A DNA stretch of 63,506 bases, the filler included, from Octopus bimaculoides (Eukaryota): assembly GCF_001194135.2 (NCBI RefSeq). It is 4 parts of 4 records of this genome, joined end to end, with 100 filler letters (N's around TTAATTAATTAA, not from the genome) between each part and the next. Parts side by side here need not be neighbours in the genome. Positions count along the whole stretch, not along the records: positions 21,401 to 46,861 come from NC_069003.1; positions 46,962 to 61,624 come from NC_068983.1; 2 more parts are not named here. One strand, 5' to 3'. This document shows positions 38,373 through 48,875 of this stretch, one piece after another. Below the pieces are notes generated by a model. That model worked only from the letters and a program-made list of their open reading frames with translations, did not search any database and was not told the DNA's origin. Each line of letters begins with the position of its first letter. Within the stretch, counting starts at the first letter, position 1. The position numbers and the translations under genes are program-made.

Positions 38373-39352
38373 GTGAGATAGAGAGAGAGTGAGATAGAGA
38401 GAGAGAGTGAGATAGAAAGAGAGGGGCGTAGGTNNNNNNNNNNNNNNNNNNNNNNNNNNNNNNNNNNNNNNNNNNNNNNNNNNNNNNNNNNNNNNNNNNN
38501 NNNNNNNNNNNNNNNNNNNNNNNNNNNNNNNNNNNNNNNNNNNNNNNNNNNNNNNNNNNNNNNNNNNNNNNNNNNNNNNNNNNNNNNNNNNNNNNNNNNN
38601 NNNNNNNNNNNNNNNNNNNNNNNNNNNNNNNNNNNNNNNNNNNNNNNNNNNNNNNNNNNNNNNNNNNNNNNNNNNNNNNNNNNNNNNNNNNNNNNNNNNN
38701 NNNNNNNNNNNNNNNNNNNNNNNNNNNNNNNNNNNNNNNNNNNNNNNNNNNNNNNNNNNNNNNNNNNNNNNNNNNNNNNNNNNNNNNNNNNNNNNNNNNN
38801 NNNNNNNNNNNNNNNNNNNNNNNNNNNNNNNNNNNNNNNNNNNNNNNNNNNNNNNNNNNNNNNNNNNNNNNNNNNNNNNNNNNNNNNNNNNNNNNNNNNN
38901 NNNNNNNNNNNNNNNNNNNNNNNNNNNNNNNNNNNNNNNNNNNNNNNNNNNNNNNNNNNNNNNNNNNNNNNNNNNNNNNNNNNNNNNNNNNNNNNNNNNN
39001 NNNNNNNNNNNNNNNNNNNNNNNNNNNNNNNNNNNNNNNNNNNNNNNNNNNNNNNNNNNNNNNNNNNNNNNNNNNNNNNNNNNNNNNNNNNNNNNNNNNN
39101 NNNNNNNNNNNNNNNNNNNNNNNNNNNNNNNNNNNNNNNNNNNNNNNNNNNNNNNNNNNNNNNNNNNNTAGAGGCCAGGACAGAGGGGTAGATAGGAAGA
39201 TAGAGGAAGACAGATAGATAAATAGATAGAGAGGATGGTGGAGGGAGGAAGTGGAACAAGGAGGAAGGGATATATATGTATATATATATCCTATATATGT
39301 ATAAATATATATGTGTGTGTTTGTGTATATATATATCCTATATATGTATAGG

Positions 39353-39385
<33 letters not shown>

Positions 39386-39547
39386 ATATATATCTATATA
39401 TATTGGCTGTGTGGTAAGTAGTTTGCTTCCCAACAACATGGTCCCGGTTCACTTCCGCTGTGTGGCACCTTGGGCTTCTACTATAGCCTCAGGTCAAGCA
39501 AAGACTTGTGAGTGGATTTGGTAGACAGAAACTGAAAGAAGTTTGTC

Positions 39548-39584
<37 letters not shown>

Positions 39585-40147
39585 NNNNNNNNNNNNNNNN
39601 NNNNNNNNNNNNNNNNNNNNNNNNNNNNNNNNNNNNNNNNNNNNNNNNNNNNNNNNNNNNNNNNNNNNNNNNNNNNNNNNNNNNNNNNNNNNNNNNNNNN
39701 NNNNNNNNNNNNNNNNNNNNNNNNNNNNNNNNNNNNNNNNNNNNNNNNNNNNNNNNNNNNNNNNNNNNNNNNNNNNNNNNNNNNNNNNNNNNNNNNNNNN
39801 NNNNNNNNNNNNNNNNNNNNNNNNNNNNNNNNNNNNNNNNNNNNNNNNNNNNNNNNNNNNNNNNNNNNNNNNNNNNNNNNNNNNNNNNNNNNNNNNNNNN
39901 NNNNNNNNNNNNNNNNNNNNNNNNNNNNNNNNNNNNNNNNNNNNNNNNNNNNNNNNNNNNNNNNNNNNNNNNNNNNNNNNNNNNNNNNNNNNNNNNNNNN
40001 NNNNNNNNNNNNNNNNNNNNNNNNNNNNNNNNNNNNNNNNNNNNNNNNNNNNNNNNNNNNNNNNNNNNNNNNNNNNNNNNNNNNNNNNNNNNNNNNNNNN
40101 NNNNNNNNNNNNNNNNNNNNNNNNNNNNNNNNNNNNNNNNNNNNNNN

Positions 40148-40182
<35 letters not shown>

Positions 40183-40204
40183 TACACACACACACACACT
40201 GACA

Positions 40205-40838
40205 GCGTCCCTCTACATGGCATGCACAGCTCTCACTAACCATTCATCTATCCTTAGCTTCCTCATTGACCACCAGATAAGGGATCAGGGGACCCTGTCA
40301 AAGGCTTTCTCCATGTCAACAAAAGCCAGGTACAGAGGTTTATCTTTGGCTAGGTATTTCTCCTGCAGCTGTCTTACCAGAAATATAGCATCAGTGGTGC
40401 TTTTCCCTGGCACGAACCCAAACTGCATCGTATCTAAACTGACTCTCTCCCTAATTAGTTGGGCTATGACCCTCTCCGTGACCTTCATTACCTGATCCAA
40501 CAACTGTCGACATTTGGCAGACTCTTTTTCTCCCATTCATTCTCTTTATTGAGCAACCTTTCCTAGTGGTGTCTCCAAACCTCTCTCTTTGCAGCCTCGT
40601 TTAGTGCAAGTGAACCATCATCCATGCAGACACATTTCTCTCCTATGACATCACAATCCTCTCTCACACACTGTCTTGCAACATGAAATACTTCAAGTCT
40701 TTGGTCCTCACGGCGCAGAACATTGGCAAATTTTTTCTTATCTGCTTCCCCTCTGGTTAAATAAACCTGTCCCCTAGCTTCCCTTCTGGCAGTCTGATAT
40801 AATTACCTGCTACCACCGTTCTTCCAGTCCTTCCAAGC
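40205..40838 (-). mobile_element. RTE-clade LINE ORF2 fragment
   Basis: LLDQVMKVTERVIAQLIRERVSLDTMQFGFVPGKSTTDAIFLVRQLQEKYLAKDKPLYLAFVDMEKAFDRVP covers RT motifs 1-3. The upstream part is also codeable with stops. Confidence 0.9.
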
Positions 40839-43064
40839 CTAATACACATGCACATAACACACACACATATATATACATTATATATACAAGGTTTTCTATA
40901 TACAATATTATATATACAATGTTGTGCATTATATTGCTATTTATATTTCAAAAAACAATTTCTGTGACTGACACAAAATGACAGTTTTAGGTGAGGGATA
41001 TAGATCAGTGCTTCTTGATCTTTTCTTTGTATTCCCACACTTTGCCAGTTCACCCTATCCATTTCCACCTACATCTCATGTGAGCAATTTACAAAAGTGT
41101 AAGGAGGGGCTGTCCCAGCAAGAATATATTCTCGCTTTTTATAATAGCATATGCTTTGAATAGTCCATTTTTGGGTTAGCTTATTTTTTTATATAATTTT
41201 TAACCTCCAGTGCAATAGTTGTAAGGAATGTTTAATCCCAAACATTTGTCATATGTAGTATTAAGGTAGTGTTTCATCAATGCTGCTATTGTAGCTGGCT
41301 GAGTTAATGAATGAAAATATTTTTTTCTTTGTTGCGTGAACAACACTTGTGAACATTTAACAGAATAATTTATTGTTGCGCTTAAAAGTAAACTGTGTAG
41401 GCCATTTACAATTTACAGCAGCAATAATTATAGACCTGGAAAGAGAAACTACCTATTGGTACAGCAACATGCGATTTGCTTAACATATCTGAAAACAACT
41501 GCGGTACCTTTGTGGTGATGGAGGTTCTTGGCCATCTGTCTGTACCATCTTCCTTGGCTGTCTTCCTGGATCATCTATCTGTCTGGGTTGTCGGGCTGGT
41601 GAGAATGGAGACACATGCTGCTCAGCTGCCCCAACATTCCACAAAAAGTTTAGGCACCAAAACTGGTCTTTTATAGAGTAGGGCACCTGAACACTATCTC
41701 TCATGACTGTATCTCTCATGCGAACAATGTCCTTTGTTACCAATTTCCTATTAAAAACATGTCTAGTCATGGAGGAAAATTAACTTAGGAACAGGTGCTG
41801 AGTGACAACAGGAAGGACATCTGGCTGCAGAAAATATGCCCCAACAAAATTCTGTCTGACCCATGTGAACATGGAAAAGTGAATGTAGAAATGTTGGTGA
41901 TGATGATTTATGTGTGTACATCATAGTCTAGGTGTATAATTGTGTATTCTGTGTGTGTATGTGTGTCGTGTGTGTGTGTGTGTGTGTGTGTGTGTTGGTG
42001 ATTGTATACCCCACATCGCCTACTCATACATGTTGACAAAAATAAAGATTTTCCTATCAGCTTCTATAAGACTGGTTAAATATACTTATTGCTAAAAATT
42101 TCAAGTCCTAAGTCAATTCACATTTGACAAAGGATTTGACTTAGAGGTTGCAACTTCAAAATTGTGTCTGAGAAAAAATTATTTTGAAGATGATGATGAT
42201 GATGATGTTGTTGTTGTTGTTGTTGATGATGATGATGATGATGATGATGATAGTGACGTTGGTGATGTCNNNNNNNNNNNNNNNNNNNNNNNNNNNNNNN
42301 NNNNNNNNNNNNNNNNNNNNNNNNNNNNNNNNNNNNNNNNNNNNNNNNNNNNNNNNNNNNNNNNNNNNNNNNNNNNNNNNNNNNNNNNNNNNNNNNNNNN
42401 NNNNNNNNNNNNNNNNNNNNNNNNNNNNNNNNNNNNNNNNNNNNNNNNNNNNNNNNNNNNNNNNNNNNNNNNNNNNNNNNNNNNNNNNNNNNNNNNNNNN
42501 NNNNNNNNNNNNNNNNNNNNNNNNNNNNNNNNNNNNNNNNNNNNNNNNNNNNNNNNNNNNNNNNNNNNNNNNNNNNNNNNNNNNNNNNNNNNNNNNNNNN
42601 NNNNNNNNNNNNNNNNNNNNNNNNNNNNNNNNNNNNNNNNNNNNNNNNNNNNNNNNNNNNNNNNNNNNNNNNNNNNNNNNNNNNNNNNNNNNNNNNNNNN
42701 NNNNNNNNNNNNNNNNNNNNNNNNNNNNNNNNNNNNNNNNNNNNNNNNNNNNNNNNNNNNNNNNNNNNNNNNNNNNNNNNNNNNNNNNNNNNNNNNNNNN
42801 NNNNNNNNNNNNNNNNNNNNNNNNNNNNNNNNNNNNNNNNNNNNNNNNNNNNNNNNNNNNNNNNNNNNNNNNNNNNNNNNNNNNNNNNNNNNNNNNNNNN
42901 NNNNNNNNNNNNNNNNNNNNNNNNNNNNNNNNNNNNNNNNNNNNNNNNNNNNNNNNNNNNNNNNNNNNNNNNNNNNNNNNNNNNNNNNNNNNNNNNNNNN
43001 NNNNNNNNNNNNNNNNNNNNNNNNNNNNNNNNNNNNNNNNNNNNNNNNNTATATATATCAACTT

Positions 43065-43100
43065 TAAATAGAGCTCAAAACTGATCCATTGAAAATACTT

Positions 43101-43141
<41 letters not shown>

Positions 43142-43380
43142 AAATGACCTATGAACATTTCGATGGAACATCCAGAATGATTAATACATATTATAAAATA
43201 TTATAAAATATAGGATACTCCATCTCCTCAGGGTCCCATTATTATTGTTATTATTATTATTATTATTAGTAATATACAGCCAATAAAAACTCAACTGTGA
43301 GTATTTTGCTAAGATTGTTAACAGATACTATATTCTTTTGCCAAATTTTTGGTGTAAAAAAATGTATTTAAACATATATA
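43065..43380. repeat. Diverged copy of the repeat family that forms the 21758-22400 palindrome
   Basis: Shared blocks gagctcaaaa, ttgaa.atacttta, ggatactccatctc.tcagggtc.catta and aaaactcaactgtgagt.ttt.gctaaga.tgttaacagatacta. Confidence 0.7.
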
Positions 43381-43860
43381 TATATATAAATCCGTGATTT
43401 TTAAATTTGCACAAAAATAGATATATATAGGGCAAAGCCTGAAAGCACAACATTCATACTGTCTGACTAGTGGTAAATGAGTGTAAGAGAGTGAGTGAGA
43501 CAGCGAATGAAGATCTAATATATTTTCAAACAGCAATGAAATGATTTCAAATGTATTTATACATAAAAGTGTGGACAAATATCAAAAACTCACCAGGCAT
43601 CAATTGATACATATGGTTCTTGTAGGTAGTATATATATTTTTTTCAAATCCCTTCACTCTACATATACTACACAGTGTATATAGAAAACATGAAAAGTTA
43701 TGCATCATGAAATAAATTTCAAAGTTATGAACATTAAAAAAAAAATTACATCCATTTGTGCAGTGGGTCCTTGAATGTTAATTCATTCATGAGGTATAAC
43801 TGTTCCCATTGCTCAATCTATTCTGCTTTGTAATTTTTATGTCAAGTAGAAAAAAGAGCC

Positions 43861-44750
43861 ATTAGACCTGTTTGACATTAGACCAGTGTCAAGAGACCAA
43901 TGTCATTAAACCAAATTGATATTAGACTAAACTGTCCTCAGACCAAAGTACCATTCGACTAAACTTTCTTCAGACCAAAGTGTCATTAGGCCAAATTGAC
44001 AGTAGACTAACTCTCCTTAGACCAAATAGATATTAAACTAAACTCTCCTGGGACCAAATTGACATTAGACCAAATTTACATTAGATGAAACTGTCTTTAG
44101 ACTAAAGTGATGTTAGACCAAACAGTTGTTNNNNNNNNNNNNNNNNNNNNNNNNNNNNNNNNNNNNNNNNNNNNNNNNNNNNNNNNNNNNNNNNNNNNNN
44201 NNNNNNNNNNNNNNNNNNNNNNNNNNNNNNNNNNNNNNNNNNNNNNNNNNNNNNNNNNNNNNNNNNNNNNNNNNNNNNNNNNNNNNNNNNNNNNNNNNNN
44301 NNNNNNNNNNNNNNNNNNNNNNNNNNNNNNNNNNNNNNNNNNNNNNNNNNNNNNNNNNNNNNNNNNNNNNNNNNNNNNNNNNNNNNNNNNNNNNNNNNNN
44401 NNNNNNNNNNNNNNNNNNNNNNNNNNNNNNNNNNNNNTAGACTAAACTGTCATTAAGCCAAATATATATTACATTAAACTCTCCTAAGACCAAAGTGTCA
44501 TGTGATCAAATTAACATTAGACTAAATTGCCTTTAGACCAAGGTGATGTTAGACCAAATTGTCATTAAACGAACTTGTCATTAGACCAAAGTGATATTAA
44601 ACTAACGTGTCATTAGACCAAAGTGTCATTAGACCAAAGCATCAAATGCATTGACATTAAACTAAAGTGTCATTAGATCAAATTTTCATTAGACCTAAAT
44701 GTCATTAGACCAAAGTCATTAGACCAAATTGACATTAGACAAAAGTGATA
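43861..44750. repeat. ~16-bp minisatellite array (ATTAGACCAAAGTGTC / ATTAGACCAAATTGAC variants) spanning an N gap
   Basis: Direct reading. Units are present on both sides of the 44131-44437 gap. Confidence 0.9.
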
Positions 44751-45192
44751 TTTGGCATAGAGGTACTCTTGCTGGCATATGACTAGTGATATTAGTCATT
44801 ACATGTAATGATGATGATGATGATGACGACAATGAATGACAATGACAATGATGATGATTATGGTGGTGTGGTATTGACGTAGTTGGTGGATTGGTGAGAA
44901 TAATACCATAACGAATGTGTAAGAAGTTTTGCCGTTGCTAGTAATCGTATTTTTTTTTGTCATTATTCACTGAGGCGTGAAGGTAGGAGTAGCATTTTAG
45001 AAATAGAGAGAGAGAGAGAGAGAGTGAGGGAAAGACGGAGAGAGAGGGAGAGAGGAGAGAGAGAGATTTGTGTGTGTTTTTTTGTTTATATTTCAAGAAA
45101 ATTTGTACACTGTCCTATTTTTACACTATCTTACTGGAATGTGCAGCCAACTAACATTCGTCTTTCATTTCTTTCACTATATGTGTGCATGT

Positions 45193-45253
<61 letters not shown>

Positions 45254-45584
45254 ACCTTTTACTTGTGTCAGTCATTGGACTGCAGCCAAGCTGGGAACCA
45301 TGTTGAAGGGTTTAGTAAAACAAATTGACCCCAGTAGCTATATTTTTAAGGCTGGTATTTACTCTTTCGGTACACACCCACACACCCACACACATTTTTA
45401 CCACAATATGTCTAATTTGTTGTCTTGTTGTATATATATTCCTTCAACAATATCATTTGCATAAAAAATGTAAGGTTTGTGTTCATGTAAAGAATCAGTA
45501 ATCAATTAACCAATTAAAATACTAAATTAATTTTTATGCCATTTTAAACCTTTATTAAGTTTTCCTTTTTCTCATATTTTTCAG

Positions 45585-45599
45585 AGGCCCCAGAACCTA
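45585..45599 (+). CDS. Candidate 15-nt microexon A of gene 2 (phase 1-1, E-A-P-E-P)
   Basis: tttccttttt ctcatatttttcag|AGGCCCCAGAACCTA|gtaagt: long pyrimidine tract, consensus donor, length divisible by 3, phase compatible with the TM exon. Confidence 0.6.
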
Positions 45600-45926
45600 G
45601 TAAGTATTGAATTGAAGAGATTCAAACTTCAAATTGTTATTTTAGTATATAAATGATAACTTAAGAATCGAAGTAATTCTATGGTAGTGTCTTTTTCATC
45701 TTTTCTCTTTGTTTCACTCATTGAATTGGTACTATAGGTGTTTTCTTAACACTTTAGTCACATTTAGTGAGAATTATAATTCTCCTTTTTGGTGAAATAT
45801 TGCAACCTGCCATTTATATTAATTCTGTCTATAGACATTAGCGAATCACTAATCATCCATTAATTTTGGTGGCAGAAACATATACACTAATAGAGAAGCA
45901 AGCTGAAGAAAACTTAGATCAAGCAC

Positions 45927-46196
45927 GCTTAACTGACGAGGCAATAGGAATTGCTGAAACTGACATCAGTATTAAGAATTCTTGATCAGCATTTTTCAGA
46001 CAATTCAAGTCCCTGTTAGTGTATATGTTTTGATTCATGTGTGTTAACTACAGCATTAGAGCATTTTAGCTCATATTTCTAGCAATGTAGTTGTTTCTTA
46101 ATACCTTAGTCACATTTAGTGACAATTATAGTTCTCCTTTTTGGTGAAATATTGCAACCTGCTGTTTATATTAATCTTATATATATATGCATGTAT
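45927..46196 (+). mobile_element. ~270-bp HHR-headed repeat (same family as 4410-4667); partial 3' copy at 45742-45825
   Basis: Colinear similarity to the reverse complement of 4410-4667. Confidence 0.75.
45928..45976 (+). ncRNA. Type I hammerhead ribozyme, fully paired
   Basis: CTTAA CTGACGA GGCAAT agga ATTGCT GAAA CTGA ca TCAG T A TTAAG. Stem I 5 bp, stem II 6 bp, stem III 5 bp, predicted cleavage after A45971. Confidence 0.82.
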
Positions 46197-46426
46197 ATAT
46201 TTTATCATATCATTTTATATATATATGTGTGTACACACATTTTTACCACAATATGTCTAATTTGTTGTCTTGTATATATATTCCTTCAACAATATCATTT
46301 GCATAAAAAATGTAAGGTTTGTGTTCATGTAAAGAATCAGTAATCAATTAATCAATTAAAATACCAAATTAATTTTTATGCCATTTTAAACCTTCATTAA
46401 GTTTTCCTTTTTCTTATATTTTTCAG

Positions 46427-46441
46427 AGACCCTAGAACCTC
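46427..46441 (+). CDS. Candidate 15-nt microexon B of gene 2 (phase 1-1, x-T-L-E-P), duplicate of A
   Basis: ttttcctttttcttatatttttcag|AGACCCTAGAACCTC|gtaagt. Open in phase 1 (TAG falls in the phase-0 frame). Confidence 0.5.
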
Positions 46442-46624
46442 GTAAGTATTGAATTGAAGAGATTCAACCTTCAAATTCTTATTTTAGTATATAAATGGTT
46501 AACTTAAGAATTGAAGTAATACATACATACATACATACATACATACACAGATTTGCATGACTCTACTGCAATGTACCATCAGATGAAAGGATGATCCTAT
46601 ACGAGCAGAAGACAGTAGAATTGA

Positions 46625-46790
46625 CAAGGTGGGGAGCTGGCAGAAACATTAGCATGCCGGGCAAAGTGCTTAGCGCTATTCTGTCTGTTGATACGTTCTG
46701 AATTCAAATTCCGCCGAGGTCGACTTTGCCTTTCATCCTTTCGGGGTCGATTAAATAAGTACCAGTTATGCACTGGGGTCAATGTCAATA
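46625..46790 (+). mobile_element. S1 SINE copy
   Basis: ggggagctggcagaaacattagcatgccgggcaaagtgcttagcg...ggtcgactttgcctttcatcctttcggggtcga. Confidence 0.8.
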
Positions 46791-46861
46791 CTGGTGGAAT
46801 GTACTAGTGTGCACATATATGTTTGTATATAAAGGCACATGAAGGCACGTGACTCAGTAGT

Positions 46862-46961
46862 NNNNNNNNNNNNNNNNNNNNNNNNNNNNNNNNNNNNNNN
46901 NNNNNTTAATTAATTAANNNNNNNNNNNNNNNNNNNNNNNNNNNNNNNNNNNNNNNNNNNN
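46862..46961. other. Artificial scaffold-join spacer
   Basis: 44N + TTAATTAATTAA (46906-46917) + 44N. Confidence 0.93.
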
Positions 46962-47059
46962 TAATGAAAACGACTAGAAAAAAACACCAGAAAAAACAGC
47001 ATGAGGACGTGGTATATGCGTAGTATTAACAAGACGCCCAGTGAAGGAAAGAATGGGTA

Positions 47060-47092
47060 TTTTACGTTTCGAGCAAGGCTCTCCTTCAGAAA
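47060..47092 (-). ncRNA. Minimal hammerhead motif with one core deviation, probably in a PLE pLTR remnant (about 46980-47160)
   Basis: Minus strand: TTT CTGAAGG A GAGC ctt GCTC GAAA CG T A AAA. Palindromic stem III ACGT, G in place of the conserved A of CUGANGA. Confidence 0.5.
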
Positions 47093-47217
47093 CAGGAGAC
47101 AGTGAAAAGTCTAAAGTATTTTATAGTGAGCTTGAAGCATTGTAATACAGAGGTGGAATAATGAGTGAAATGGGAAATGAAGAAAGCTTCCAACAATGCA
47201 GAAACTTTTAATAAAAC

Positions 47218-47405
47218 TTTATATTCTGGATGCAAAGGCTTATCTTCAGAAGAATGCAGTCAAAGAAATGTGTGTCTACAAAGATGCTGCCATACATCCT
47301 GTAACTAGAAGAAGCACTGAACTATCCAAAATGGCAGCTTCAATGTAGATACACACTCCTTTGACTGTACTCTTCTGAAGATAGGCTTTGCGCCTGAAAT
47401 ATAAA
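47218..47405. repeat. Imperfect ~75-bp inverted repeat with an HHR-like motif in the right arm (47373-47405)
   Basis: Arms 47218-47292 and 47332-47405. The right arm ends TT CTGAAGA T AGGC tttgc GCCT GAAA TA T A AA. Confidence 0.7.
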
Positions 47406-47575
47406 CGACATTTTAACTTTCTATATTGTTAGCTTTCCTTATTTCTCATTTGATTCACATACGTGTGTATATATTTATATGTGTGTGTGTGTGTGTGCGT
47501 GTATGTATGCTTGCATTTATGTATCTTCTACATTACGTATGTTATTATATAAATATATATATGTGTCATATATAC

Positions 47576-47584
<9 letters not shown>

Positions 47585-47665
<81 letters not shown>

Positions 47666-47760
47666 TATTATTATTATTATTATTATTGCTGTTGTTGTTA
47701 TTATTATTATCATTATTATTATTATAATTATTATAATAATTATTATTATTATTATTATAA
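47585..47760. repeat. (TA)n-(TG)n-(TTA)n compound microsatellite
   Basis: Direct reading. Confidence 0.95.
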
Positions 47761-47762
47761 CT

Positions 47763-48023
47763 ATTAAAATTATAATTAAGGGTATCCATGAGATACCACC
47801 ATGCTTGAAATAGCAGCCAAAATTTGAATCTAGAACCACATTAAATGTTCATACAGTACCAGGAGAGAAGACAAAAAGACAAAATAAACTAGCAAAAAAA
47901 TTACTTTTTTTGTCTTCTCTCCTGGTGCTGTTTGATCATTTAATGTGGTTTTAGAGTTAAGTTTTGGCTGCTATTTCAAGCATGTTGGTATCTCTTAGAT
48001 ACCCTTACTTATATAATTTTAAT
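47763..48023. mobile_element. Fold-back MITE with ~115-bp imperfect arms
   Basis: aagggtatccatgagataccaccatgcttgaaatagcagccaaaa...accaggagagaagacaaaaa mirrors tttttgtcttctctcctggt...ttttggctgctatttcaagcatgttggtatctcttagataccctt. Confidence 0.75.
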
Positions 48024-48122
48024 AATAATTATTACCTTTTCAGGTTTTTATTCGCATGCTGGCAACCTGATAGGATCGGTATCTTAAATAACGATCTTAT
48101 TCTTATTTATATAAAATTATAT

Positions 48123-48156
<34 letters not shown>

Positions 48157-48166
48157 NNNNNNNNNN

Positions 48167-48200
<34 letters not shown>

Positions 48201-48584
48201 TATTTATATAATATATATATTTATATATACACACAAATTTATATACATACAGGCATGAAATTGTGTGTACATATGTTAAGCGCTCTCTGTATGAAAATAT
48301 TGAATCTGTTGTAGCAAAAGTCAAATTTCCTGCTCCATCTATCAAACTGTCTGTCTATCTAAGTTGTTTATATATACATATATATAACACCATCAATTAT
48401 GTGTGTTATCACATATACAACGACGTACTCACATTCGTGTCATGGAGCTCTTTCAAAACGTGTTATATTTCCTATCGCAGGTTATATAAATTAACCGACC
48501 ACAAATGTAACATCGATTATCAAACTAAGCCGGTCCTTTTCTCCATTGGCGCATATTCATACTCTAATAACCCTCAAACTTTAC

Positions 48585-48875
48585 GGACGCATTAAAAGAT
48601 CAACTGAAGGTCTTTATTCGGTATTATCCATCTAGTCTAGAGTGACTGTTGAGAGTTGAAGAAATCGTTGAAGAAACTCTACGGACACATTAAATGATCA
48701 ACTAAAGGTTTTTTATAAGGGATTATCGACTTAGTTTAGAGTCTAGACTGGTTTAATGACAGTTGAACAAATTTTTGAGTAAACATAGACACATTAAAAA
48801 AATCAACCAAAGGTCTTTATAATGGATTATCCACCTAGTGTAGGGTGACTTGTTGAGAGATGAAGAAATTCTGGT
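48585..48875. repeat. Three diverged ~100-bp tandem units
   Basis: Units start at about 48585, 48682 and 48787 with (g/a)gac.cattaaa..atcaac..aaggt.ttta....g.attatc.a.ctagt.tag.gt. Confidence 0.75.

Noticed and set aside
41490-41770. Possible LINE C-terminal remnant on the minus strand
   Set aside because: Only vague GRxPRK similarity, too degenerate to call.
43861-44750. CRISPR-like array
   Set aside because: No unique spacers, 16-bp period, eukaryotic context, no cas genes.
48044-48078. Candidate next exon of gene 2 (FYSHAGNLIGS) after ccttttcag
   Set aside because: Good acceptor and open in phase 1, but the donor GTATCT is weak, the peptide is unrecognisable, and it lies beyond a scaffold join.
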